The notes under the pieces were generated by a model that saw nothing but the letters and a program-made list of their open reading frames with translations, made no database searches and was not told the origin of the DNA. Source: Cladosporium halotolerans (taxonomy: Eukaryota). From it: 44,201 bases of DNA. Below are positions 11,724 through 22,492 of the stretch, piece by piece. How positions within the stretch are numbered: position 1 is the stretch's first letter; each line of letters begins with the position of its first letter. The position numbers were made by a program, and so were the translations under genes. The stretch is taken from positions 124,001 through 168,201 of the forward strand of contig NW_027191492.1 in assembly GCF_011745625.1 (NCBI RefSeq), read 5' to 3'.

Positions 11724-12587
11724 AGTTGCGGACTTTCCGAGGCTACTTGTGGCAGACTTGAAGCCGCACGATGATTGATTTGATTTGACGAAAACGATGC
11801 ATGAAGGGTAATGAAATCAACGGGTCAACGAGGTGTCTTCTAGGTTTGGTTCTGGCGTTCTTCTCTCGAGAAATAATCTTTGGCGTCTTTGGGGATTCCT
11901 GTAGGCTCGTCCGATTGGATGGTCAGCCGGCAAGCATACGAAACGGAGCAGGCGATCGGACAGGCAAATACGGCGTTCCAGGTTGCTTTGGGAAGTGGCG
12001 TTGGAGGAGGTTTGCCGACGTCGCCTGTGTGATGTCTTCAGCTCGATATACCACTCAATTTCATTCGTTCAATTGATGCTTGACCTGGCACTGTGGGGTG
12101 GTGCGAGGGATGTGTTATCTGTGTGGCGCTGTCGCCTCACGTCTGAATCAACGAGAATACAGTGGTGAAGGGAGGCTGCACGCCCAGGTGAAGATTGGTA
12201 GACTGCAGGATGTTTTTCGACCGACGGAAATATTTGGAGGGCGAGATTTGATGAAATCATGTGCAGTGAGCACATGGACATCTCAATGGCCTAGAACCGT
12301 GATCAACTATGTAACGGCGATGGTATGAGCTGATATAGCAGTGAGACGCTTGGTTGGAGTACAGTCATTACTCATGCTACCAGACTCTCCAGGCCCCTTC
12401 AGCCATTGTAAGTTCTGCAATATACAACGATGTACCGACAAAGGGACACGAGGCAAAGAGACCGACTCCAGCTGCGCCTCAGGCAGTGTCAAACGCGGAG
12501 CGTGACGGCAGCAGCGTGTCGCAAGGTATTTCGCGAGGTGCCAGCGAACGGTGCTGGTGCCATGGGGGAGAGCGATGCAGGGCGTTC

Positions 12588-13411
12588 TCACTGGGCTTGA
12601 CCTGACTTCCGTTGCTGGCACCGATGACAACTGCAGAAGCGGGAATGGGAAGCTGCAGGAGTCTCTGCGAGCTTTTTCTCGTACTGCCGTTTCATCTTCT
12701 CGGCGAAAAGCTTGGTGAGATCGGGCGAGGACTGCCGTCCTACAGATGAACAGGCGGCAGGGTTCTCGCGTGTATCCGTAGGGTTGAGAGCCGAGGCTTG
12801 AGCGTAGCCATTGCGAGAGTGCCCTTCTGCTGGCTCGTTGTACCTCTGGCTTTTTGCGGGCTGGACTTCCGGATCGATGAGCTCGTGTGATCTTTTCTTG
12901 TTCGGCTCCTGGGTCGTGAGGTGTACGGCTTCACGATCGGCGCGTTTTGGTGTATGCGAATCATAGCGTTGTCGATAAGAATCTCTGCTCCTGTTGGTCC
13001 TGGAGACATAATCTTCTGACATCTGGGATTGCTATGAGCGATTCTTCTGAGGCTTCGAATCCAGATATGAGGTTGAAATACCTGCTCGTGTCTTCGTACA
13101 AGGGTCATCAGGATACCTGCTGCTGCCACTCGATTGACAACAGACCTGATTGCCGGATCTTGAGGGCCTTGATCACTGAGAAGAGCACATGTGCCGAAAC
13201 GTTCTCCACGCAGAGCAGGGCAGGGCTTGTCTTGCAAGAACGCCTTGATCCTTGTTGCTCGAGCCATGGATGACGGGTAACTTTCACCGAAGAGATGGGT
13301 AGCCCGGCCCAAGATCGATCTGGCGTTGTGTAAGTACTCCATGAGAAGCTCATCGCTCCACCGGAGTTTCAGAACAGGTGCGTTCGTGGGTGATGATGGG
13401 CGTTTTGACAT
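12588..13411 (-). CDS. Hypothetical two-exon protein (~254 aa) ending in a Cys/His motif
   Basis: ATG at 13411 (MSKRPSSP...). A 59-nt intron at 13081-13023 (GTATTT..GCTCAT..CCCAG) joins it in frame to ORF 12588-13022, which ends HSRFCSCHRCQQRKSGQAQ. No family recognised. Confidence 0.55.
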
Positions 13412-13961
13412 CTTTTTGTTCGTACGTAGCAAGAGTCGAAGGGCGAACAAGGCAGCGTTATACAGCACTTGTGTTGATCGAAGCGGTGTGCTATCGTGGG
13501 AGATGAAATCGGAAAAGTAGAAAAGGGGGGGACGACCGGGCAAGAGACATGTCAGTTAACACCATCTTCGATCCTTCGTTTCTAGTCACGCTTCTGGAGG
13601 TGGTCGCGACCCGGGAACAGCAAGGGCGACCTATACCATGATATCGTTGGGTTAAAATTGGAAGTATCGATGTACAATTCGTGTATGCAGATATATGAAA
13701 GAATAGTCTGTCTGGCTTTTTGTTGCAACACGTCGGAGTGCAATCGCATGGGGGGCTTGGAACAGGAAGTGGAAAGCTGCAGGCTGGGAACCAAGCACCC
13801 TGGCCAACATGTCATTCTTGCAGCCAGATCCGTGTCTGATGAGGCAAAAATTCGGTCAGGTTTTCGAACGTGGATATGGCATACAGGAACAGTATCTTCA
13901 CGGCAAAGCACGAAAGTAATGCGTCGGGTGATCTTGCGTCGTGTTGAGCAATGGGACCATC

Positions 13962-13978
13962 TAGGGTTAGGGTTAGGG
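13962..13978 (+). repeat. Short interstitial telomere-type tract (TAGGG TTAGGG TTAGGG)
   Basis: Read directly: tagggttagggttaggg. Confidence 0.8.
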
Positions 13979-14384
13979 CAACTCGACTTGCAGTCGCGCC
14001 TCAGGAAGGCGCGCACAAAGCGGACCGCAAGACGTACCTCTGAGCATGGCCCTGCTTCGGCTGCGATCCAGCAACCACAAGTCGGAAGGCCTCCGTCGCT
14101 GCTGGCGCGCGAACCTCCACGCGCTCGTCCCTGAGCCGACAGAGAGCTTCACGCAATATCCAAGCCACAACTTGGCGATATCTCCGCTCGATTCCAGTTC
14201 AATTGAGGTCAATCCTTTTGAATCAGGGTTTCCTCGATCAAAAAGTTCTGGACCCATCTGTCGCGCTCGCGTCTGCAACAACTGTTCTGCAACACCTGCA
14301 ACAACGTGGCACTTGACGCTTCACGCCAAACCGCAACGAGCTATGTCGAGGTAGTGCCTACAGACTCTCACAACCCAACCAGCC

Positions 14385-16175
14385 ATGCCGCCTCACACGC
14401 CCGGATCATATCGCCCTCGTAAGAAGAGAACGGCTTCCGAGCTTGCTTCCGCGAGCAGCAATGGTACTGTTTCGTTAGACCTCCCGACCAAGCGCGAGAA
14501 GCCCGCCTTTCCTCTCGCAGCATTTTTCTGGCCAATCAAGGGCACGCCCGTGTCGCAATGGGTCGTCTTGTCCATGATTCTCATGGCAGTCGGCCTATTT
14601 CGCTGGGTCACTGGATTCTGGCAGTACTCGGGCTACCAGACGCCTCCCATGCACGGCGATTTCGAAGCTCAGAGACACTGGATGGAGCTAACTGTGCATT
14701 TGCCGGTCACGCACTGGTATTTCCATGACTTGCAGTGGTGGGGGCTTGATTACCCACCTCTGACGGCGTATCACTCTTGGATCTTGGGAATGCTTGGAAC
14801 CTACATTCAACCAGATTGGTTCGCGCTGTACCTGAGCCGCAGATCTGACGACGAGGGACTGAAAGTTTTCATGCGAGCAACTGTCATCGTGAGCGAGCTT
14901 GCTGTCTTCATTCCTGCGGCCATTCTTTGCATTCGCCAGCTTGCTCGCTTGCATAACATCAACTCATGGGAGTCAGCAATCGCTCTGACTGCGTTCCTCA
15001 TGCAGCCTGCTACCATCCTGATCGACCATGGTCATTTCCAATACAACACTGTCATGCTTGGCTTCCAACTCGCATCTCTCGCATCTATGCTCGCAGGACG
15101 GCGTCTGTGGAGCTGTGTGTTCTTTGTCAGCGCCCTGGGCTTCAAACAAATGGCGCTCTTCTATGCGCCGGCGGTGGCAGCTTACTTAGCAGGCTCATGT
15201 ATCTTTCCCCGCATCGACATTGCGCGCTTCATCGGCATGGCGATCATCACCGTTGCCTCATTCGCCGCCCTTTTCCTTCCACTGCTACTCGGCACAGCAT
15301 TCGACGTCTACCGTGGCATTCCCCTTCCCGCCGACGCTCAAGCACCGCCTCTTTTGCCTGCAATCCCCTTTGAAATCCCCGAAACGGCCTGGTACCAGCC
15401 ATACGTGGTCCAGCTCCTACAAGCGATCCACCGCATCTTTCCTTTCGCCCGCGGCCTATTCGAAGACAAAGTCGCCAACATCTGGTGCGCCGTTCACGCT
15501 TCAGGCATCCACAAGCTCACTGTCTACGACTCCACCACTCTCTCACGCGCCTCGCTCGTCCTCACTCTCGCAGCAATCACCCCGCCCTGCGCCATCCTCT
15601 TCTTCCGCCCAAGGGCAAACCTGATCCCCCTCGCCTTCGCCGCCACCGCCTGGGCCTTCTTCCTCTGCGGCTTCCAGGTGCACGAGAAGAACGTCCTTCT
15701 CCCGCTCCTACCCATGACGCTCCTCCTCGGTACTTCTGAGGGCATGAAGCCCGCCATTCGCGCTTGGGTCGGCTACGCGAACCTCCTCGGCTGCTTCACC
15801 ATGTTCCCGCTGCTGACGCGCGACGGCCTGCGCATCCCGTATGCTGTTCTCACGCTGCTGTGGGCGTATCTCTTGGCTCTGCCACCGTTCTCACTTTCTG
15901 CTTATGCGCCTTCTGCGAGCGAGGGCGGACCGCATTGGTTTAGTAAGGTGGCGCATTTGAGTTCTTTCATCGTGATGCTGGGTTGGCATGCGGTCGTTGC
16001 TTTCGTGGAGCCGCCGAAGGACAAGCCGGATTTGTGGGTTGTGGCGAATGTGATGCTGGGTGCTGCGGGTTTTGGACTGTGTTACCTGTGGTGCCTGTGG
16101 AGGTTGGTCGGGGAGAGTGGGTTGCTGAGTGTGTTTGAGAGGAAGGCGAAGCAGGTTGAGAAGAAGAGGCAATGA
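14385..16175 (+). CDS. ALG6: Dolichyl-PP-Man9GlcNAc2 alpha-1,3-glucosyltransferase
   Basis: Motifs HGDFEAQRHWME, WGLDYPPLTAYHSW, LIDHGHFQYN, RIFPFARGLFEDKVAN and FQVHEK; C-terminal KKxx ER-retrieval signal (EKKRQ). Confidence 0.97.
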   Translation: MPPHTPGSYRPRKKRTASELASASSNGTVSLDLPTKREKPAFPLAAFFWPIKGTPVSQWVVLSMILMAVGLFRWVTGFWQYSGYQTPPMHGDFEAQRHWMELTVHLPVTHWYFHDLQWWGLDYPPLTAYHSWILGMLGTYIQPDWFALYLSRRSDDEGLKVFMRATVIVSELAVFIPAAILCIRQLARLHNINSWESAIALTAFLMQPATILIDHGHFQYNTVMLGFQLASLASMLAGRRLWSCVFFVSALGFKQMALFYAPAVAAYLAGSCIFPRIDIARFIGMAIITVASFAALFLPLLLGTAFDVYRGIPLPADAQAPPLLPAIPFEIPETAWYQPYVVQLLQAIHRIFPFARGLFEDKVANIWCAVHASGIHKLTVYDSTTLSRASLVLTLAAITPPCAILFFRPRANLIPLAFAATAWAFFLCGFQVHEKNVLLPLLPMTLLLGTSEGMKPAIRAWVGYANLLGCFTMFPLLTRDGLRIPYAVLTLLWAYLLALPPFSLSAYAPSASEGGPHWFSKVAHLSSFIVMLGWHAVVAFVEPPKDKPDLWVVANVMLGAAGFGLCYLWCLWRLVGESGLLSVFERKAKQVEKKRQ

Positions 16176-17197
16176 TGATCTTTGGGATGCCATCTAGGTG
16201 GCTGAGTTCAGACATCGGATCTGCACAGCGGTCACTTCCTTTTGTCATAGAGAGCGGCATGACTTCTTCCCGCGTTACGTATTGTACAGGACCAAATCTT
16301 ACACCTTCTCAGTATCTATACATGTCCCATCTCATCAACTGATTGGTATTCCCTTAACGCCTCTACAAATGCACCGGTCTTCCATATCATACAACCTCCT
16401 CATTGCCTCTCTGGTATCTTTCCAACATCCCTCATCTTACGCCAACTCAAACCCGAAGCCCTTCATACAGCTCCTGTACTTGCTGACCAGATCCTGGCAT
16501 GCGGCTTGCGGGTCTTGAGCGGTGGAGAAGAGCATGCATTCGTCGCGGGCAGCTTTTTCGTCTTTGCAGACGCAGCAGGGCTGGAGTTGTCAGAAAGTGG
16601 TTCACACATGTTTCGGCGAGTAGAAAGGAGATTTACCTTCACTTTGGTCGCGCCATCGTTGCCAGGGGGTTTGGTGTCAGCCGCGAGGTTGTTAATTTGC
16701 GCAGATGCGTTGCCTATGGATGGTGTTAGGGCCGGGATGATTTGGTGGGTTTGTGCATAAGGCGGGCGTACTGGTTGATGCGAGACCGGACATTGTGAAT
16801 GTGATGTGAATGCGATCGCGAGGAGTGGTTCAGTGTGTCGTGTGCTGTATGGCAATGGTATAGAGGCAAAGGCGAGAGGCGGAATGGACCGTCCGGCTCC
16901 GGTCACGTCAAGATTCGCGATCGGCCTTCCAGCAATTATCAAGCAGCGGCTGCGTCCCGTCGCCGACGGCTGTGAAGATGCCGAGGACCCTGCAGCTTTC
17001 ACGCGGGACTGCGCGGGCCAGACCGCAGAGCCTCAGGACAGGGATTTGTTTGGGCCCGCTGGAGTTTTGTGCCTGCCCCGCGGGAGGAGCAGAAACGCCT
17101 CGACTCATATTCCTTGAGTATACCACACACTACCCCCACTCCTTGTCCTTGTTGCATCCAAGAGGAAACAACACCGCTTCCTGTACGCCTCACCACC

Positions 17198-18469
17198 ATG
17201 GCAGACACCAAGATCTTCTCCCTTCGCGGTCGGGCGCTCAAGCTTGATACGGCCGACGACCTGGCCGCCCACATTCAGCCCCTCATCGACAGCGACTCCG
17301 TGGAAGAAGTGCACCTCGAAGGCAACACTCTCGGTGTGTCCGCTTGCGAGCGTCTGGCCTCCATCCTCGGCTCGAAATCCTCCCTCAAACACGCCAACCT
17401 CGCCGACATCTTCACCGGCCGCCTGCTGTCCGAGATCCCGCCCGCGCTCGACGCTCTGCTCACGGCCCTCCTCAAGTGCCCGAACCTGCACACGATCAAC
17501 CTCAACGACAACGCTTTTGGCCTCAACACCGTCGAGCCTCTGCGCCCTTTCCTCAGCAAGCACACCCCGCTGCGCCACCTGTACCTCAACAACAACGGCC
17601 TTGGTCCCGCTGCCGGCACCCTCGTGGCTGAAGCTCTGCAGCAACTCGCGGCTCGCAAGGAAGAGGCCCGCGCGCAGGGCAAGGATATTACTCACCTCGA
17701 GACCGTCGTCTGCGGCCGCAACCGCCTCGAAACCGGCAGCATGGCGGCCTGGGCCAAGGCCTACACAGCCAACAAGCACGTGCGCACGGTCAAGATGGTC
17801 CAGAACGGCATCCGCCAAGAAGGCATCGCCGCCCTCCTCCAGCACGGTTTGAGCAACTGCGCCGACCTCCGCGTCCTCGACCTCCAGGACAACACTTTCA
17901 CCGCCCTCGCCAGCAAAACCCTCGCCAACGTCCTCCCCGCCGCTTGGCCTGAGCTCCTCGAGCTGGCCGTCGGCGACTGCTTGCTTTCTGCACGAGGCGG
18001 CATTGTTCTCGGCGAGGCGCTGGCGAAGGGTATGAATGTGAAGATCGAAGTCCTCAGGCTGCAGTACAATGAGATCGACGCGCGCGGCGTCAAGGCTATT
18101 GTTGATGCGGCGACGAGCGCGACGGCTCTGCCTCGCCTGCGCAGAGTCGAGCTGAACGGGAACAAGTTCCAGGAGGAGGACCCGAATGTCGAGAAGTTGG
18201 CGGAGCTGCTTTCGAAGCGCAAGGAGGACAAGGCGAGTGAGTATGCGGATGTCGATGAGGATGATGAGGATGCGTGGGGCGTTGATGAGCTGGATGAGCT
18301 TGAGGAGGAGGACTCAGACGAAGAGGAGGAAGTTGAGGATGAGGAGGACGCGGAGGAGGAGAAGGTTGCTAAGGATGCTGATGCGGCGGAGCAAGAGCCT
18401 GTGAACCAGGTTAATGACAAGGATGTTGATGAGCTTGCTGCTGCGTTGGGTAAGACGGAGCTGAAGTAG
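17198..18469 (+). CDS. RNA1: Ran GTPase-activating protein (LRR)
   Basis: ATG in ACCATGG context. Motifs LKLDT, GNTLG, DIFTGRL, LNDNAFG, LNNNGLGP, CGRNRLE, QNGIR and LDLQDNTFT, followed by an acidic tail. Confidence 0.96.
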   Translation: MADTKIFSLRGRALKLDTADDLAAHIQPLIDSDSVEEVHLEGNTLGVSACERLASILGSKSSLKHANLADIFTGRLLSEIPPALDALLTALLKCPNLHTINLNDNAFGLNTVEPLRPFLSKHTPLRHLYLNNNGLGPAAGTLVAEALQQLAARKEEARAQGKDITHLETVVCGRNRLETGSMAAWAKAYTANKHVRTVKMVQNGIRQEGIAALLQHGLSNCADLRVLDLQDNTFTALASKTLANVLPAAWPELLELAVGDCLLSARGGIVLGEALAKGMNVKIEVLRLQYNEIDARGVKAIVDAATSATALPRLRRVELNGNKFQEEDPNVEKLAELLSKRKEDKASEYADVDEDDEDAWGVDELDELEEEDSDEEEEVEDEEDAEEEKVAKDADAAEQEPVNQVNDKDVDELAAALGKTELK

Positions 18470-18760
18470 AATTGGAGGTCTGTGGTCGGCAGGTTCGAGT
18501 CACTGCCAGGGAGCGTTGCATTCTAGCGGGACGTGTCATTACGAGATACCAGATTTTTTCAAGAAAGGCTTTCAAAAGCCGCATGGGAGATGAATAGACG
18601 ACGGCGAGGGAAAAGACATCATACAAGCGGAACATTAGCATAGTATTTTCGAAAGCACACTTCTCTTCGCGCCGCTCCACCACTTCTGTTCTCAGGTCAC
18701 ATCGTCTATATGCATGCATTACTCTAGGCGTCTTCGAAAACCAGCGCCCATCCACTCACC

Positions 18761-19698
18761 TTACCGTCCAAACCTCATCTCTGCGCCTCCGAACTTCCTC
18801 AAACCTCTCAAGAACACGTGGTACCCAACGCCGCCCGTCCAGTCCCTCAGCGCAAATATCTCCGTCAACCTCACCTGCCACGGCGGGTACCCCTCCAACT
18901 GCACTTTCTCTCCAAACAACAAGAGCAAATCCGGCTCGCCCATCACGCTCTCCGAGATCTCGGCGTCGATCAGCTCTTGCGACACGTCGGGCGGAGACAG
19001 CTTGTGCGATTGCGACATGTCCGTGAGCGTCTTTGTCAGGTCGACCAGCGTTTGCCTTCCATCGGTGGCGTCGAGAAGGAGGACGTTGATGTGTGGGCGC
19101 GAGGTGGGGGAGGACGAGGGCGTGCTGGGCGGCTCGTAGGAGGGCACGTTGGGTGCGCGCAGTGTGAAGGTTGGTTTGTTGGGAGAGTTGGCGCCGTAGT
19201 AGGCTGTGAGGGTGGTTTCGATTCGGCGGTGGAGGTGGGTTAGGGAGGACTTGAGGAGGCCTGATTGAGAGGAGAGTTAGTGGGTGGTGATCGCTGGGAT
19301 TGTGGGTGCGAGAGTGTACCGGAGCGCTCGTAGATCGAGAGTGTCGAGATGCCGGCTGCGGTCGACCAAGCGGTGATCTCGCAGGCATCGTGGATCAGGA
19401 CGTCGAGGCGGTTGAGCAGGAGGGTGACGTCTTTTTGGTCGGGTGGGAGAGTCAGGATGATGGAGAGGTGCTTAGGAATTCGTGGGAGGCTTTTGACATC
19501 GCGGGCGATTACTGGGGGTTTGTTAGAATCATGAATAAGTGTAGCTAGGTCAATGAAGGCTGTCTTACGTTCAGGCGTGCGGTGATGGTAGTTCAGGACA
19601 GCCGCGACGCGGTCGAAGACGGCATGGTACAGCTTGCGGACACGGATGTAGATGCTGAAGAGGGTGGAGAGAATGAAGTGTAGGAGGATGTGAAGCAT
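18761..19698 (-). CDS. NUS1: Dehydrodolichyl diphosphate synthase complex subunit (NgBR orthologue)
   Basis: Motifs HHRTPE-LI, PKHLS, GISTLSIYERSG, EPDLLLLFG, GYPPWQVRLTEIF and C-terminal RFGR (RxG). Introns at 19568-19512 and 19319-19261. Confidence 0.93.
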
Positions 19699-20303
19699 GG
19701 TGGATCAAGGCCGTGGCACATCCAGTCGCATTGGGGAAGAAGTGGTGGGAGAGAAGGTTGTATTGTATGTATACAAGCGTACGTAGGCAGCGGCGGGCTG
19801 TGAAGGTGGAAAGTTGAGGTGCATCATTGCTTCGCCGACGCTGCGCCTCCGAGACCAAGGGAACAACGCGCGGCGGGCATTCTTCAGTCTTGGTGTTGCG
19901 AATGGGGTATGTCACGCGGAGGCGATGGCAATGCGAGATCCATCAAGTGAAGTGAAATAGCATGTCAGGTGACCAGACACATTGCGCCTGAGGCGCGCAT
20001 TTGGGTTGTCGCACGCTGCAAGGCTGAACAGCTCCATCGTCGCGCCGGTCGCGAGTTGGCGGCTGGGGGCGGCGCTGATTGGCTGCGCATGGGCTACACC
20101 GCTCTCGGCTGGCGGCCGGCGGCAGAAGGGCCTGACAAGCCGAGCGAGCACCAGCCAGCCGCCAGAAAAAAAGTCTCTTGCACGCGACCGTCGCCTACAA
20201 AAAGCCCGCCTACACCCTCTCCGACCATCTTTGCTACTCCCCATCCACTTTTGCCGTTCGACACACCACACGGCCTCCTCGTCTCTACACTACAATACCA
20301 TCG

Positions 20304-20980
20304 GTTCGTGCTCACTCACTCGCTCAGTCGCTGCATCCATCCTCCCAGACCCTTCCTCCTCTCGATCCCACCTTCTACCTCCCTCCCATCACCGCTCGAG
20401 CGATCGCATACTGTGGGCACCTGCCAGCAAGGCAGTTCTTCATCCGTCCGTACACACAAACATACATCCAGTCCCGTTGCACACTCGCCTCGGCGCTTGT
20501 GGGAACACACTGCCTTGCGCGGGCGCAACATCCAGTGGACTGTCGGCAGACGCTTGACAACGTCTTGCCGCGTGGGCACCGTGGGCTTATCAAAGAATCA
20601 ACTTCTGAAGTGGGTTTGACTTGAGGGCTACAGAGATCACTCCACGCTTCGCACAGCGTGCGCACATCTCAGGGTACTGCATCACCGCGCTTCGAGCAAC
20701 GTGGGCGGCCCTTCGCGGGGTTTCGAGGGCTTTTACTGCGGACTCCGGTCTGCTCGTGGGCTTGGCTAAAGACTGCGCAACGTCACGTCACGTTGCTGCT
20801 GCTGCTGCTGTTACTCGAGGGCTTCAAGGCTTCTCTTTCTCCAAGAGTCCTTGCCACGCTGGGTGTTTGAGACGGTCCGACCGATGCTACTGCTTGCCAG
20901 TCCCATTTGATCACGAAAGCTTAGGGTGCTTTTCTTTCTTTGGGATTTCTTGTGACTGACTCGTGTCGTAGTAGCTTCAG
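20304..20980 (+). other. Putative long 5'-UTR intron of NSR1
   Basis: Donor GTTCGT at 20304, branch GACTGAC at 20954-20960, and tandem acceptors TAG/TAG/CAG at 20969-20980, 27 nt before the NSR1 ATG. The donor position is the uncertain part. Confidence 0.5.
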
Positions 20981-21007
20981 AGGACTATCATAAACCCTTC
21001 AGCAACA

Positions 21008-22492
21008 ATGGGCAAGGACAAGGGAGCCAAGGCCGCCGCGCCTGTCAAGGACAAGAAGTCCTCCAAGGTCGACTCCGTCAAGAGTGGCCGTGTCACCAAG
21101 GCTACTGAGAAGCCCAAGGCCGTCGCCAAGGAGACTGCCAAGAAGACCGCTAAGGAGGTCTCTAAGAAGAGCAAGAAGTCCAAGAAGGAGCCCACTCCTT
21201 CCGAGTCTTCCGACTCCAGCGAGTCCGAGTCCGAGGAGGAGGAGGAGAGCTCCGACAGCTCTGCCAGCAGCGAGTCTGAGGAGGAGAAGCCTGCCGCCAA
21301 GACCAACGGCAAGAAGCAGGAGTCTTCTGACGACTCCAGCGACAGCGAGAGCTCTTCCGAGTCTGAGGAGGAGAAGCCCGCCCCCAAGAGCAAGAAGGAC
21401 ACCAAGAAGCCGGCCAAGAAGGAGGAGTCTTCCGACGACTCTTCCGACTCCGAGTCTGACTCTGACGAGGCCGAGCCTGCTGCCGCCACCAAGGATACCG
21501 AGATGAAGGACGCCGACTCCAGCGACTCCGACTCCGACTCTAACTCTGACTCTGAGGAGGCTGCCGAGAAGAAGGACGACTCCAGCGACGACTCGTCTGA
21601 CGACTCTTCTGACGACGAGGAAGAGGAGAAGAAGGAGGAGGCTCCCAGCAAGAAGCGCAAGGCTGAGGATGTTGCCGAGCCTTCCCAGAAGAAGATCAAG
21701 GTCTACGTCAACGGCGAGGAGAAGGAGGCCACCGCCAACCTGTTCGTCGGCAACCTTAGCTGGAGCGTCGACGAGGAGTGGCTCACCCGCGAGTTTGAGG
21801 AGTTCGGTGAGCTCCAGGGCGTCCGCATCATCACCGACCGTGACTCCGGCCGCAGCAAGGGCTTCGGCTACGTGGAGTTCACCACTGCCGAGAACGGCGC
21901 CAAGGCCCTCGAGGCCCGCAACGGCTACGAACTCGACGGCCGTCCTCTCCGTGTTGACTTCTCTGCTCCCCGTGACAACACCCAGACTCCCCAGCAGCGC
22001 CAGAACGACCGCGCCAACAAGTTCGGCGACGTCAAGAACCCTCCTGCCCAGACCCTCTTCGTCGGCAACATCTCCTTCGACGCTGACGAGAGCACCCTCA
22101 CCGAGTACTTCCAGGAGCACGGTTCCATCAACAGCATCCGTCTCCCGACCGACCGTGAGACCGGTGCCCCCAAGGGTTTCGGCTACGTCGAGATGGGCTC
22201 CGTCGAGGAGGCCCAGGCCGCTTTCGACGCTCTCCAGGGCGCTGACATCGCTGGCCGTCCCGTCCGCCTGGACTTCGCTCAGGCTCGCGACCCTAGCTCT
22301 GGTGGTGGCCGTGGTGGTTTCGGAGGCGACCGTGGTGGTCGTGGTGGTCGCGGCGGTGGCCGTGGCGGCCGTGGTGGCTTCAACGACCGTGGCCGTGGCG
22401 GTGCTCGTGGAGGCGCTCGTGGTGGTAGGGGAGGTTCTTTCAACCGTGGCGGCTTCGGCGACTTCTCTGGCAAGAAGACCTCTTTCGATTAA
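21008..22492 (+). CDS. NSR1: Nucleolin-like nucleolar protein (Nsr1/Gar2)
   Basis: Alternating acidic-Ser and basic N-terminus, two RRMs (LFVGNL...KGFGYVEF; LFVGNI...KGFGYVEM), an RGG tail and terminal GKKTSFD. Very strong codon bias. Confidence 0.96.
   Translation: MGKDKGAKAAAPVKDKKSSKVDSVKSGRVTKATEKPKAVAKETAKKTAKEVSKKSKKSKKEPTPSESSDSSESESEEEEESSDSSASSESEEEKPAAKTNGKKQESSDDSSDSESSSESEEEKPAPKSKKDTKKPAKKEESSDDSSDSESDSDEAEPAAATKDTEMKDADSSDSDSDSNSDSEEAAEKKDDSSDDSSDDSSDDEEEEKKEEAPSKKRKAEDVAEPSQKKIKVYVNGEEKEATANLFVGNLSWSVDEEWLTREFEEFGELQGVRIITDRDSGRSKGFGYVEFTTAENGAKALEARNGYELDGRPLRVDFSAPRDNTQTPQQRQNDRANKFGDVKNPPAQTLFVGNISFDADESTLTEYFQEHGSINSIRLPTDRETGAPKGFGYVEMGSVEEAQAAFDALQGADIAGRPVRLDFAQARDPSSGGGRGGFGGDRGGRGGRGGGRGGRGGFNDRGRGGARGGARGGRGGSFNRGGFGDFSGKKTSFD

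Noticed and set aside
13582..14354. Telomerase RNA gene suggested by CCCTAACCCTAACCC
   Set aside because: The tract is better explained as an intron branch site and acceptor; no boundary helix or pseudoknot was recognised.
16198..17126. ORFs between ALG6 and RNA1
   Set aside because: No codon bias or domain signal; consistent with terminator and promoter DNA.
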